A stretch of DNA of 64,000 bases from an uncultured virus (IMG/VR IMGVR_UViG_3300042564_001445) (IMGVR_UViG_3300042564_001445), one strand, 5' to 3'. Shown: positions 10,800 through 20,936, counted from the first letter of the stretch. Translations and numbers: made by a program. Notes: generated by a model not told the origin, from the sequence alone.

Positions 10800-11449
10800 T
10801 ATTTTTCCTGTTTAGCGGCTAACTCTAATTGCGAAATTTTACCATTGCTAATTGTCGTTAACACATCTTCAATAATAGTAGATTCAACTTCTGGGCTAAT
10901 AGGCAACAGTTCGTTGTCACCAATTTGACTAAAGTCCATTACAAGAAGATTAACCACAACAGATGTAATAGATCCGTTTCCCACAGTTGTAATATCTTTC
11001 GTAAAATAAATCTTTTTACCCTGAACATAATATCCTACCTGTCCTTCTAAATAACTTAAATTTGTTCCATTAGCAATAGTGCCAAATACTAAAACATCTT
11101 GCGCTGGAATCGGTATGTAAGGCGTCAGCGCCGCGGCAGAAGCTGCAATGCTCCATATTCCCATATCCATAGGTAGTGTTAATGGAATAACAGGCAGATT
11201 AATGAACGCGCGAGAATTTGAAGGTTCAGATGTTACAGCGCAAGTGTATTGAATTAAATTGCACTTTGGCACATCGTACATTCCAGCTTTAAATGAATCA
11301 GCAACCTGAATCTTTAAAACCTTGTTGATAGATTGTTCCACTATCAACTTTATCTCACGAAGATCTATAACGTCGGACGGATTATCCTTGTCTACAAATC
11401 TTGCATAGATGCGTTGGATTTGTTCCGATAATTTATTTTTAGTTATCAT
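10799..11449 (-). CDS. Tail ring/tubular protein
   Basis: 216 aa, synteny and size. Confidence 0.6.
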   Translation of the reverse strand: MITKNKLSEQIQRIYARFVDKDNPSDVIDLREIKLIVEQSINKVLKIQVADSFKAGMYDVPKCNLIQYTCAVTSEPSNSRAFINLPVIPLTLPMDMGIWSIAASAAALTPYIPIPAQDVLVFGTIANGTNLSYLEGQVGYYVQGKKIYFTKDITTVGNGSITSVVVNLLVMDFSQIGDNELLPISPEVESTIIEDVLTTISNGKISQLELAAKQEK

Positions 11450-12147
11450 TTCTCATCTTGGTTTTGATTCGCATCCATTAATCCTTCAATACCAACAATA
11501 TCAGCATCACGAAGGGTGACACCAAGGTACATTAACGCGCGAGTAACAATGTCAGTAAAGTATCTATCAGATATATCTATATCTACACTACCTGTTGGGT
11601 TAAAAGCTGTCTCGCCGGTAGAAGAATTAAAGGTGTAAGCGTATACCGCAGGAGCAGGTTTTCTTAAATATACTAATGTATAAGTATAATTTCCAGAAGG
11701 AGGCACAGGCGAAAATTGTATCTTAGGGACATCAACTCCACTTTCGCTTACAATGTAAATTGTCGCCGCCGGGAAAGACGTATCCGGAGCAAGAATATTA
11801 GAGTTTAAGATTTCTAAGAATTGATCCCAAGAATAAATGGTTCCCTCAACCTGATTGCCTCCGCTTACTGTTAAATAAACAGTTAATGCCTCAATGTAAT
11901 CACTTGCAGTAGGCAATAACGATTGCGTTCCTGTCGAAGGTGATACCGTAAAGTTTGCTCTTTTTACTAATAGGTGATCATATTCAAAGACACCTGTTCT
12001 GTGATACTTATTTATAACAGCGCTTAACCAATCAGAAACACCCCTATTGATAGCTCTATCGATATCAGCAGGAGGAACGAATCCACCTTTATTCTTTTTA
12101 AGAAGCTGACGGATAAATTGATGAGCGTCATTTATGGAAATAGCCAT
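11446..12147 (-). CDS. Tail ring/tubular protein
   Basis: 233 aa; LLKKNKGGFVPP..ID..IN and YLRKP motifs typical of crAss-like ring proteins. Confidence 0.7.
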   Translation of the reverse strand: MAISINDAHQFIRQLLKKNKGGFVPPADIDRAINRGVSDWLSAVINKYHRTGVFEYDHLLVKRANFTVSPSTGTQSLLPTASDYIEALTVYLTVSGGNQVEGTIYSWDQFLEILNSNILAPDTSFPAATIYIVSESGVDVPKIQFSPVPPSGNYTYTLVYLRKPAPAVYAYTFNSSTGETAFNPTGSVDIDISDRYFTDIVTRALMYLGVTLRDADIVGIEGLMDANQNQDEK

Positions 12148-12169
12148 TTCAATGATTTTTAATTTGCAC

Positions 12170-12177
12170 CAAAGTTA
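12170..12177 (-). promoter_or_regulatory. Bacteroidota-type -7 promoter box (TAACTTTG)
   Basis: Matches TAnnTTTG, 22 bp upstream of the ring-protein start. Confidence 0.7.
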
Positions 12178-12201
12178 TGAATTTTTTTTATTATATATGA
12201 C

Positions 12202-12230
12202 AATGCCCCGGCTTATTAAACCGAGGCATT
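12202..12230 (-). terminator. Stem-loop after the lysis cassette
   Basis: AATGCCCCGG...CCGAGGCATT inverted repeat; weak U-tract. Confidence 0.45.
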
Positions 12231-12254
12231 TCAATTAATCACTCAAACCTAAAA

Positions 12255-12443
12255 CTAAATATCGTCTACTATTGAATCTATTTTTGCTATAACCTTAGCC
12301 TCTAAAGAAAAGGTTGACATTTCGCAATCTTTAATTACTTCTAAAATTTCCATCAAAGAATTTAGTCTTGCGTTATTGAGATTAAATTCTTTTAATCTTT
12401 GTAACTCATCTTTGCTGTAATTAACTTCTAGAGTTTGTTCCAT
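12255..12443 (-). CDS. Hypothetical protein
   Basis: 62-aa ORF coupled to the upstream gene by an overlapping stop/start. Confidence 0.6.
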   Translation of the reverse strand: MEQTLEVNYSKDELQRLKEFNLNNARLNSLMEILEVIKDCEMSTFSLEAKVIAKIDSIVDDI

Positions 12444-12580
12444 TATTTTCCTTGCCCTTGATAGGGCTTTTTATAGTTTTTGGAGTTCTTTGATGACGAT
12501 GACTTTGTCTTAGCGTGAACCCCTTTATTGTTCTTTTTCGTCCGTGGTTTAAAACTTGACGTTGCAATTGCTTTTGCCAT
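12443..12580 (-). CDS. Small basic protein (45 aa, not in ORF track)
   Basis: MAKAIATSSFKPRTKKNNKGVHAKTKSSSSKNSKNYKKPYQGQGK; TAATG coupling on both sides. Confidence 0.7.
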   Translation of the reverse strand: MAKAIATSSFKPRTKKNNKGVHAKTKSSSSKNSKNYKKPYQGQGK

Positions 12581-13038
12581 TACTTAGGAAAGATGAATTT
12601 GAAATACAAATATAAAAGAATAATCATACTTTCAAAGAATACCACCATAATTATCCAAACTGGTATTACATTTTTTACGACTAACTTTTCTTTGTTTTGC
12701 ACATTTTTTCCGACGAATGAGCGATATCTTGCTTCATAGACTTGTTTCATTGAGTCTAAGGAAACTGTTGCTTGAATTTTACCCTTATAAGAGCGAATGA
12801 TTACCGTACCCTGCGGAGCAGATAGCTTGCTGTAAAAGGTTGTTAATAGCCCTACCGAGTCACACGGATTCTCAATCACAAGTGTATCCTGTATGTACTT
12901 AAACTTTTCAACTGTTCGTATATCGCGAATGGTATCATGAACCGTAGTCGTTAAAGTTTGAGTAACAATTTGCTTTGTTCTGCAAGAATTGATAAATATG
13001 ATAAACAAAATGCCGAATAGATAAATTAAATTTTTCAT
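12580..13038 (-). CDS. Putative unimolecular spanin (lipoprotein with C-terminal TM helix)
   Basis: Lipoprotein-type signal ending FINS-C, C-terminal hydrophobic helix, directly downstream of the endolysin. Confidence 0.6.
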   Translation of the reverse strand: MKNLIYLFGILFIIFINSCRTKQIVTQTLTTTVHDTIRDIRTVEKFKYIQDTLVIENPCDSVGLLTTFYSKLSAPQGTVIIRSYKGKIQATVSLDSMKQVYEARYRSFVGKNVQNKEKLVVKNVIPVWIIMVVFFESMIILLYLYFKFIFPK

Positions 13039-13481
13039 TTATGTGGAATATATTTGGTTGCTCCTTTTTCTTTAATAGCATCTATTACACTTTTTCTCTG
13101 CTTCCCACTTGTATTGTAAGAGACGTGTACCCAGTCATAATCGAACTCGTTAATCAATTGATCAAATTCTAAGTTGTTTTTAATAAAGTCAAAGATTTCT
13201 TTATTATCTTTTTTGTTTCCTTGATCTATATCAAGAGCCTCTCCCTTCATATGCTGGGAAGTTCTAGATCCGCCAATACCCGTGTTTAATGCCTTGCACC
13301 TATATCCACTTGATATGTAAATAGGCTTATCAAAATGTACTCTGATGGGCTCAAATATCTTTTTAGCAAGTTCAATTAGATTCTCCGTATGTTCTGCATT
13401 TGGCATATTATTAATGCCATTTCTTTTAGCATACTCAGATCTCGTCACCTCTACTAGACTCAAATGTTCTGTCAGTTTCAT
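13035..13481 (-). CDS. Endolysin, peptidase M15A family (Zn peptidase)
   Basis: SSGYRC..LN..IGGS..SQH..GEALD and WVHVSY motifs; likely start MKLTEHLSL at 13481. Confidence 0.9.
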   Translation of the reverse strand: MKLTEHLSLVEVTRSEYAKRNGINNMPNAEHTENLIELAKKIFEPIRVHFDKPIYISSGYRCKALNTGIGGSRTSQHMKGEALDIDQGNKKDNKEIFDFIKNNLEFDQLINEFDYDWVHVSYNTSGKQRKSVIDAIKEKGATKYIPHK

Positions 13482-13686
13482 ATTTGGAAAATTTAGATAC
13501 AGTTGTTGCGGCAGCAGCATATCCCATTATAGCCATAACAAGATTTTGTACTCCCATACTTTCTGGATTAGCAATAAATTCTGATAATATAACGAAAGAG
13601 CCTATTAGAAAAACAAGCCTGCTGCTTGAATACTCTCCCTTGTGTGATATAAAGTCTTTAAGACTTCTTTCTTTTTGAGACTTCAT
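13435..13686 (-). CDS. Putative holin
   Basis: Two TM segments, G.YSSSRL motif, adjacent to endolysin. Confidence 0.55.
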   Translation of the reverse strand: MKSQKERSLKDFISHKGEYSSSRLVFLIGSFVILSEFIANPESMGVQNLVMAIMGYAAAATTVSKFSKYETDRTFESSRGDEI

Positions 13687-13849
13687 TACCTTTTAGGTAG
13701 TAATATCTTATGGCAAAAATACCTGATACGATTGCAACGCAACCCGCACCAATCTGTACATAAATTAACAAGCTCGTAAGAGATAATGCCCACATTAAAA
13801 TGCTTGTTATCACCGCTAAAACGCCATTTTCTGAACTTGTATCGTGCAT
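13658..13849 (-). CDS. Putative holin/antiholin
   Basis: 63 aa, two TM segments, basic C-terminus. Confidence 0.55.
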   Translation of the reverse strand: MHDTSSENGVLAVITSILMWALSLTSLLIYVQIGAGCVAIVSGIFAIRYYYLKGNEVSKRKKS

Positions 13850-13953
13850 TGTATAAATATTACATAGTAAAGATAATGGATAAATAATTTATCGCAAAAG
13901 CTTTTTATAGGTAATATTCAGTCTTTGTCTGTTTCTCCAAATAATATAAGTAC

Positions 13954-13985
13954 AAAGGGCGATAAAACTTAATTCTACCGCCCCC
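13954..13985 (-). terminator. Probable intrinsic terminator
   Basis: GGGCGGTAGAA..TTTTATCGCCC stem followed by TTT on the minus strand. Confidence 0.5.
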
Positions 13986-14009
13986 AATACTACACCAAAG
14001 AGAATTAAA

Positions 14010-14450
14010 TTATTCTCCGTCATCTTCTTTGATCAACTTAAATATGATAGAATAATTCTCTTCGCTATCGATAGACTCTAAGTCAGATAGAGTAATTGGC
14101 TTATATTCTAATTCTTTCTTCTCGCTAAGTAAAGTCATATACTCTCCCTGGAACTCAATGTAGCTAGGGTTAATCTGAGTACGCTCTTCGTCTAAAAAAG
14201 TCTTTACCTCAATTTTGTCATCCTTTTGCTCGCCAAACTTTTTGACTAGTTCGTCACGAAGTCCGTCAACAACTTTCTTTTCAGATTGACATTTATCAGC
14301 AAGTTTTGTTAGCCAATACTTTTTAGCAAGATTAAGTTTGTGGCTTAGTAATCCTGATACAACTTTCTCCCCTGTTTCTGGGTGAATAAAGCCATTTAAT
14401 TCAGCTTCTAGCGTGATAATTTCGCCTAGTGTTAATGTTATTTTCTCCAT
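14010..14450 (-). CDS. Conserved phage protein (DUF1617-like)
   Basis: 146 aa helical protein with KYWL.KL...R.ELVKKFG pattern. Confidence 0.5.
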   Translation of the reverse strand: MEKITLTLGEIITLEAELNGFIHPETGEKVVSGLLSHKLNLAKKYWLTKLADKCQSEKKVVDGLRDELVKKFGEQKDDKIEVKTFLDEERTQINPSYIEFQGEYMTLLSEKKELEYKPITLSDLESIDSEENYSIIFKLIKEDDGE

Positions 14451-14473
14451 TGGATGTTTGGTTTAATCTTATG

Positions 14474-14481
14474 CAAATATA
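14474..14481 (-). promoter_or_regulatory. Bacteroidota-type -7 box (TATATTTG)
   Basis: TAnnTTTG 23 bp upstream of the 14450 start. Confidence 0.65.
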
Positions 14482-14498
14482 GTAAATAAATTAATATG

Positions 14499-15860
14499 CT
14501 ACACGCAGTCTGTGTCAACTTCTAAAAACGAAGTTGAACCTTCTTTTAATTTTACAATTCTCTTATTATTGTATCCAACTAAAGATGGAAATTCCCCCAC
14601 TACAAATAATCGTGCTGGGTTAGTCGAAATTCTAATTGCCTGCTTAAAAGCTCTTGGGTAATCGGAAGAAGAAGCAACAATTTCTCTGTTTCCAGAGAGC
14701 CCTGGCCTAAATGTATGTAATGTTAATTCTGAGCAAACTATATATAAAAAAGCTGCGGTAACATTTTCAATCCTATCATCTTTAACTCGCGCAACGCTAA
14801 GATACGGATTGTTTGCATTTGGTATTTGAAGCGAATCGATATCTGGCTCATTTTGCCCTACTACTCCTTCGAGATTTGTGATAAGAACCCCTTCTCGCCC
14901 CCTAGATGTATCAAACATCCCGTGAAGCAAAAGTCTATTAGGGCCGCCCGGGAAAAGTGGGAGTTCGGTGTAACCTCCATATCCATTAGCATTAACTGGG
15001 TTAACGCCGTCATAGCTAACAAACCAATCAGGGAAAAATTGCCCATTACCGGATATTTTGGCAAATCCAGTATAAGTTTTACCATTAAAAAAAAAGCCAA
15101 AATCTCCAGCTACAATAAATTCTGTTGCAGAACCATTGAAAGAAAATACTTTTCTAGCAGATTTACCAGCCAAATAACTACTTATTACAAATGTAGTGTC
15201 TTCGCTTAATGTCGAATCATAAAAGTATCTCTTCATAAAATGAGAGTTATCTGAGAATGTTACATAAAGTATTCCTCCCCCAATATTTGCAACGTGGCAA
15301 TCTGATGGCTCATTTGTTATACCTAAGTTTGTTCTAGCAAGTGCGCCATCTGGATTAAGCACAACAATTTTTCCTACGGGTTGCCCGTTATAAGTAGTAA
15401 AGCTGCCCCCAACTAATACTACGTTTCCATAAAGTCCGCCTAAGCTTTTAATAAATTTAACTTCTCCGTTGAAGCCAGAGCCAATGTTAAATGATGTATC
15501 AACTCTCCCTGTGTTAAATAATCTTACAATTCTATTGCAAGGGTAAGAGTCAGCATACATAGTAAAGTTTCCGCCAACGTAAACAGTTGACCCATATTGA
15601 GTTACGCAGTTAGCTGTGTTATTAAACCATTTTGTTCTAAAGCATCCTTCTATCTTAGACTTTACTACAAGTTGATTGTTAGCAGTTGATTCCAAAGGAG
15701 CTGTTTTTAAGTCATACCTTTCTAGCGCAAGCTGCTTTGTCAAAGCCCTGTTTGTCTGAGGGAATGAGCCATCTTTTTTATTTAGAATAAACTCAGCGAC
15801 AGCGCCGTCAAGATTAACGTCCGTTACGACTTTGTTATTTGGTATATCTGCGTAAGCCAT
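14499..15860 (-). CDS. Tail-associated beta-propeller protein with delta-60-like repeats
   Basis: VYVGGNFT...RIVRL..G.VDTSFNIGSGFNG, VLVGGSFTTYNG repeats. Confidence 0.65.
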   Translation of the reverse strand: MAYADIPNNKVVTDVNLDGAVAEFILNKKDGSFPQTNRALTKQLALERYDLKTAPLESTANNQLVVKSKIEGCFRTKWFNNTANCVTQYGSTVYVGGNFTMYADSYPCNRIVRLFNTGRVDTSFNIGSGFNGEVKFIKSLGGLYGNVVLVGGSFTTYNGQPVGKIVVLNPDGALARTNLGITNEPSDCHVANIGGGILYVTFSDNSHFMKRYFYDSTLSEDTTFVISSYLAGKSARKVFSFNGSATEFIVAGDFGFFFNGKTYTGFAKISGNGQFFPDWFVSYDGVNPVNANGYGGYTELPLFPGGPNRLLLHGMFDTSRGREGVLITNLEGVVGQNEPDIDSLQIPNANNPYLSVARVKDDRIENVTAAFLYIVCSELTLHTFRPGLSGNREIVASSSDYPRAFKQAIRISTNPARLFVVGEFPSLVGYNNKRIVKLKEGSTSFLEVDTDCV

Positions 15861-18010
15861 TATATCCCTAGTTTAGCTTTTAGCATTTTAACTTCTTCTT
15901 GCAATTGATGAATCATTGCACTATGTACATTTGCGTAGTTTAAGCTTAAATAATCGTCACTACTATTAACTAAGTCTGGACAAACCTCTTGAACTTGTTG
16001 TGCAGAATATCCGTAATGAACATTTTCCTGTTTGTCGTCTTTTAAAGTGTACTTGATAAGATTAATTTGAGTTAAGTCAATTTTTGGATTGACAGATAAT
16101 ACATTCTTTAATCTAATATCTGAAGTCTCAAAGTATCCTCCACTTGCTCCAACAGAACCAATTACTTCTAGCTTGTTAGAAGAAGATGTGTTTCCCCCAA
16201 TAGCTACTTTGGGTGAGTAGAAAATACCATCTCCAGCGCCATTTAAAGCCCAAAATGAATCACCGCTACCACCACCGCCTCCGCCTGTTATTAGAGAGCC
16301 GTTTACATATAATTGCCCCGATATAGATAGGACTCCTGCAATACTAACTGTGCTTCCGTTATCTGAAATGATAGAGTTTGTCAGAGAAGTTCCGCCACTC
16401 CACTTGGCAATAAAGTTGGTTGTACCCCCACCTGAAAGTCCTCCAGATCCACCACCAATAGCGACTCCATTAACAAAGAATCCTGCACCTGAGCCAACAA
16501 CGTTTACGCCCCCACCTACTGTTAGGTAATTTGAGCTACCTCCATCAGGTGCTGTATTAATACCAATTCTACCAAAAGCTTCTCTAATATTAGAATCAAT
16601 AATATTTGTAGCGGTATTAAACAAAGGTAAATTATAGGCAGTTCCTCCGCCAGTAATATTTCCACCACCGCCACCACCGCTAATAGTAACTCCATTTACT
16701 TGGAAACTTCCAGTAATATTTACATTGCCATTTACCTGTAGTCTGCCGCCACCCGTAACTCCTGATGTTGTGCCAATAAGCAGATTGTTTGAACCATTTA
16801 GTCGCATTGCCTCGCCAGTACCTATGTAGAACAAATACGTTGAAGATACAAAAGCAAATGGCACAACATCCACAATACCTCCACCTGCGTGAGCAACAAT
16901 CGCCGCAGTATCCCCTGAAGCAAATGTGTCACCAAATCCAAATCCAATTTGTACGCTACTTTTTATTTTCCAATCTACTTGATAAAATGGAGTTGTTGTC
17001 CCAAAAGATAATTTACCAGCATTTTCGTAAAGCACAGAGTTTCCAATGGAAGTTTCACCCGTAAACTTTGTGAGATAATTAGCTGTACCTGAGCCTGTAA
17101 TAGCTCCTGTTCCAATATCAAACGTAGCGGTTAACGTAGTAGAATCTTTCTTTGTAATCGTAATTGTTTTTGTAATTGAACCAGTTACAGTTACAGAGCT
17201 AACGTCATTATCGTCCGTATATTTCTTACTCGTAATATGAGTATTACTTGTTGGTAACAAAGGAACGTTTGCATTTAAACTAAACGTCCAAGTGTCCGCC
17301 GCAGTAACTCCTGAAGCATATCCAATTGTTGGCGCATTTAATTTGAACGTAGTGTTGTTCCAGAATAACTTGGTATTGTTTTCCGTCAGCTGAGTCTGCG
17401 AACTAAAGATAATTGAGCCTTCCGTAAATGCCGCGTAAGCGTCTACTAATCCTGTATCATCTACATACAAAGGGCGCTTATAGATAATGGCTGGAGTGGG
17501 CGTTATTGCAGTCTTAGAGATATTTAAATAAGGAACTACAATCGTTTGTAAAGTCAAGTCTCCGAGATAGATATTCCCGTACTTGTCTGACGTTACGTCG
17601 CCAATTGTATAAGCAAAGTTTTTTCCATTTAACTTATAGCCAAAGCTTGACTTTAAGTTGGTTATGTTAATGCTATTAAGATTAACGTCAAACGCAAACT
17701 GAGGCGACTTAGTGTTTAATCCAATTCTGTTTGCAGAACTTTGATATAATATAGAATTGTCAAAATTATCTCTTGTAGAGTTAACCTTTACAAGGTAATT
17801 CTCGTCCGCGTCTATTGTTAAAGCAACCGTCTCCGTTGTAGCATTTGTAATAATATTTGTTGTCGTAGGACGGGCTGTTGGAGCAGCTGTTATAGCAGCG
17901 GCTTGTGTAACAATAGTTTGCGAAGTAGCAAGAGCATCAGCGGGTATTGTAACAACGTTTCCGCTATTATCAATACCCATTAATCCCACTACGTTAGATG
18001 GTAAAGCCAT
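15860..18010 (-). CDS. Tail fibre/spike with C-terminal S74 intramolecular chaperone
   Basis: Gly/Thr-rich fibre repeats (GT.N..KF..G.T.IGNS); C-terminal TSDIRLKNV...GYSAQQVQEVCPDLV...LNY plus coiled coil. Confidence 0.85.
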   Translation of the reverse strand: MALPSNVVGLMGIDNSGNVVTIPADALATSQTIVTQAAAITAAPTARPTTTNIITNATTETVALTIDADENYLVKVNSTRDNFDNSILYQSSANRIGLNTKSPQFAFDVNLNSINITNLKSSFGYKLNGKNFAYTIGDVTSDKYGNIYLGDLTLQTIVVPYLNISKTAITPTPAIIYKRPLYVDDTGLVDAYAAFTEGSIIFSSQTQLTENNTKLFWNNTTFKLNAPTIGYASGVTAADTWTFSLNANVPLLPTSNTHITSKKYTDDNDVSSVTVTGSITKTITITKKDSTTLTATFDIGTGAITGSGTANYLTKFTGETSIGNSVLYENAGKLSFGTTTPFYQVDWKIKSSVQIGFGFGDTFASGDTAAIVAHAGGGIVDVVPFAFVSSTYLFYIGTGEAMRLNGSNNLLIGTTSGVTGGGRLQVNGNVNITGSFQVNGVTISGGGGGGNITGGGTAYNLPLFNTATNIIDSNIREAFGRIGINTAPDGGSSNYLTVGGGVNVVGSGAGFFVNGVAIGGGSGGLSGGGTTNFIAKWSGGTSLTNSIISDNGSTVSIAGVLSISGQLYVNGSLITGGGGGGSGDSFWALNGAGDGIFYSPKVAIGGNTSSSNKLEVIGSVGASGGYFETSDIRLKNVLSVNPKIDLTQINLIKYTLKDDKQENVHYGYSAQQVQEVCPDLVNSSDDYLSLNYANVHSAMIHQLQEEVKMLKAKLGI

Positions 18011-18031
18011 TAATAAATTATTTATACATTA

Positions 18032-18039
18032 CAAATGTA
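18032..18039 (-). promoter_or_regulatory. Bacteroidota-type -7 box (TACATTTG)
   Basis: TAnnTTTG upstream of the 18010 start. Confidence 0.65.
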
Positions 18040-18093
18040 CAACTTATTATCTACGTAATAAATTATAGAACTCTCAATACTTTATAAAACAAT

Positions 18094-18612
18094 CTAGCAA
18101 TCTACAACATTATCGGCTCCAAAAAGTTGAGCCAACTTGTCTCTTAGATTATCATATGCGTACTTGAAAATATTTGCTCCTTCTAATGTAGAAATATCAG
18201 CTACTTTTATTGTAGTTAATTCTTCTACCGTTTCAGTCTGAACTTGCGTTTCCATCACAGTAATAGTTTTAAGAGTCAAAATATTCCCTTGCTCATCCTT
18301 TGTATCTGGAACTTCTTTTTCCACAGGAACCTCTACTATTGAAGAGCGAACAGATGGAACCATAACCTGCTTATCAACCATTAAAGAAACATTAACAACT
18401 TCTCCAATTTGACTATTGCGAGAAGCAAGTGATTCTTTAAAAGTTGGCGTCATAGCGGAAGATGCAAGTTTAGCGTCTTCTTGAGATTGAAAAATCTGCA
18501 AGCGGAATGAAGCATTCCCAGATTTTGAAATATTGTAATCCGTAATACGCACATAAGCCTCTGAGGTAATGCCGCGATCTGTACCAATAGGTACTGTAAT
18601 TTTTAAAGCCAT
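18094..18612 (-). CDS. Hypothetical protein, tail region
   Basis: 172-aa ORF in operon. Confidence 0.7.
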   Translation of the reverse strand: MALKITVPIGTDRGITSEAYVRITDYNISKSGNASFRLQIFQSQEDAKLASSAMTPTFKESLASRNSQIGEVVNVSLMVDKQVMVPSVRSSIVEVPVEKEVPDTKDEQGNILTLKTITVMETQVQTETVEELTTIKVADISTLEGANIFKYAYDNLRDKLAQLFGADNVVDC

Positions 18613-18947
18613 TTTGCTAAGTGTTTAAGAATAATAGTTAAAGATATACATATCCAAATAGAATTAAATAATATAAGAGTTGGTAAGCTCTTCTTCATAC
18701 TAGCCCATATTAGCAAAGATGAAGTAATTAGTGTTATAAAGTGCATATACCACAATTCAATACCAAATACTAGCCCAGGAATAATTATGATAGCTTTTGC
18801 CATCCAACTTGCAAACTCAATAATATTGTAGTTTGTCCAGTAGTCCCTGTTTAGATACATTTGAAATTTGTTTAATATCAGTATATGGCCTACTATAATA
18901 TACATTATAGCAAGGTAGACAATAAATACAATTGGGTATATCATCAT
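18603..18947 (-). CDS. Hypothetical membrane protein
   Basis: 114 aa, about 4 hydrophobic segments; overlaps the halogenase stop. Confidence 0.6.
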   Translation of the reverse strand: MMIYPIVFIVYLAIMYIIVGHILILNKFQMYLNRDYWTNYNIIEFASWMAKAIIIIPGLVFGIELWYMHFITLITSSLLIWASMKKSLPTLILFNSIWICISLTIILKHLAKWL

Positions 18948-20506
18948 CCTATAGCAGCTAAGTAATCTAAAAAGAATCTATGTTTCATAAATGTATCTTT
19001 ATTCAGCAGTAAATTTACTCTAAATTTTGTACGATGCGTCAATAGCTCTTCTCTGCGAAAGTCAGATGTTGCCGCGTCTATTACCTCTCTAGCAATAATG
19101 GGGTCAAATAGTTTTACTCCTGCCATTACGGAATACCAACTAGGTATAGAATAAAGCACCTGCTTTCTTCTGGAAGTAAAGAACATTTCATCAGGCATAG
19201 TGTATTTACATTCTTCCAATAGCTCTACAACCCGCTCAGGAGTTTTGTTCTTTTCTTTAAACTCTTTCCAAAAAGCCGTGTCTTCCCGTTTTCCTAAATA
19301 GTGTGCGTAAATAAATTCCATATTTTCCGAGTTCACAGCACTCATTCGCTCGTTATATCGGTTAATATAGAAGGGGTCTTTCTTTATAACTCCCAGATTA
19401 TTGTCCAAGTAAGAGTCTAAGCCAATTATCTGAATCATAATAGAAGTAGCTTCTAACGGCTCAATAAACCCTGATGACAACCCTATGGCTATACAGTTTT
19501 TTACCCAAGGTGTTTTATAGTTGCCTGGCTCAAAGTTAAATGTTTTACCAAAAGTTACATCAGCGCCAAATTTGGCAATGATTTCCTCTTTAGCTTGCTC
19601 TTCAGTAATATAATCTGTATCAAAAGCATATCCGCATCCAAACCTGTCTTGTCCAGGAATCTTCCACACCCACCCATTATTCATAGCAATAGCTTCTGTA
19701 TATGATGGAAGTTCATCGTAATCACCTTGAGGCATAAAAAAGCCTATAGCTTTTTTCATAGGAAGGTGCTCCTTGTAGGATACCCATTCAGACTGATATA
19801 GTTTCCCAATAACTAACCTGTGAAATCCGCTACAGTCAAATAAAAAGCTTGTTGCGTAAGTCTTATCTTTAGTAACTACACCAGTAATATAGCCTTCTGC
19901 GTCCTGCTCGAACCCAGTAACCTCTTGATCAATATGCCGTACTCCCCGTTCGATAGCTACAGTCTTTAAATATTCAGCCAGCTTTGCTGCATTAAAATGG
20001 ATAGAGTCGCTTCCCATCTGATCAAAGTGACTAAAAGCATTTTCCATCTTGTTTTGTAGGCCCTGGTTAGCCAAATACTTAACTCGGTTTGTTTCCGCCA
20101 GATGTGCATCTATTAAAATGCTATCCAAGTTATTGCCTTCTAATATTTGCTCTAGTGGCAATATCGGCAGAGCGTTACCTGTTTCGTTATTGAACTTAAA
20201 TGGGTTAAAACTACTCTGATTAGCAAATCCGTGAAAATAAGAAGTGTCATCGCCATTCCAGTTGGTAAATTTAATGCCATTTTTTATGGTAGCAGAAGCG
20301 TGCTTAACTAACCCTTCTAGTGGAATATTTAGCTTTCTTAGCGCTGCTAGTACATTTGGTGTAGTGCCTTCTCCTGCTCCAAGAATACCAATATCAGAAC
20401 TTGCAATTACTTCTATTCTAGCAAAAGGATAGTAATGTTGTAAATATAGCGCAGTAAGCCATCCAGCGGTGCCTGAGCCTACTACTGTGTATTTAAAAGG
20501 TGACAT
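18944..20506 (-). CDS. Flavin-dependent (tryptophan) halogenase family protein
   Basis: GSGTAG FAD motif, GAGEGT, ATIKNGIKF (catalytic Lys position), DCSGF, GWVWKIP (WxWxIP), GLSSGFIEPLEATSI. Confidence 0.9.
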   Translation of the reverse strand: MSPFKYTVVGSGTAGWLTALYLQHYYPFARIEVIASSDIGILGAGEGTTPNVLAALRKLNIPLEGLVKHASATIKNGIKFTNWNGDDTSYFHGFANQSSFNPFKFNNETGNALPILPLEQILEGNNLDSILIDAHLAETNRVKYLANQGLQNKMENAFSHFDQMGSDSIHFNAAKLAEYLKTVAIERGVRHIDQEVTGFEQDAEGYITGVVTKDKTYATSFLFDCSGFHRLVIGKLYQSEWVSYKEHLPMKKAIGFFMPQGDYDELPSYTEAIAMNNGWVWKIPGQDRFGCGYAFDTDYITEEQAKEEIIAKFGADVTFGKTFNFEPGNYKTPWVKNCIAIGLSSGFIEPLEATSIMIQIIGLDSYLDNNLGVIKKDPFYINRYNERMSAVNSENMEFIYAHYLGKREDTAFWKEFKEKNKTPERVVELLEECKYTMPDEMFFTSRRKQVLYSIPSWYSVMAGVKLFDPIIAREVIDAATSDFRREELLTHRTKFRVNLLLNKDTFMKHRFFLDYLAAIG

Positions 20507-20527
20507 AGATTGTTGGTTTGTTTATTA

Positions 20528-20935
20528 TTAAAGTCCCCTGATATGATTGGGGACATTTGGTACTTCTTTAATGTCCCAATTCTTTGTTTCAGTATTCCAT
20601 TTTGCGTACTGATAAATTAACAACCCCGTTGGATAAGGAATAGGATATTCCCATTGAAAGGTAGTCAAGTTAAGTATTGCGTCCTCATTAGGCTTTTGGC
20701 GGTAAAAAACATCTAATTCAGGATCATATACATATCCAATGCCAGCATAATTTCCTCTTAATGGAGTTTCTCCAAAAAGGTGCTCGTTAGCAAATGTGTT
20801 ATAAGATGTCTGAATATATCTGCCAGGAAAGCCTATTTCGTGCATAAATGCCTCTCCACGATGCTCTTGCTCATCAGGAACCCTAACCACATCAATAACA
20901 ATGTTGTTCTCGTCTATTTTTGCAAAATGTGCCAT
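20528..20935 (-). CDS. Conserved phage protein (MAHFA...QTSYN...R.NYAGIGY family)
   Basis: Likely start MAHFAKID at 20935; this family commonly follows Gly-rich tail proteins. Confidence 0.7.
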   Translation of the reverse strand: MAHFAKIDENNIVIDVVRVPDEQEHRGEAFMHEIGFPGRYIQTSYNTFANEHLFGETPLRGNYAGIGYVYDPELDVFYRQKPNEDAILNLTTFQWEYPIPYPTGLLIYQYAKWNTETKNWDIKEVPNVPNHIRGL

Positions 20936-20936
20936 A

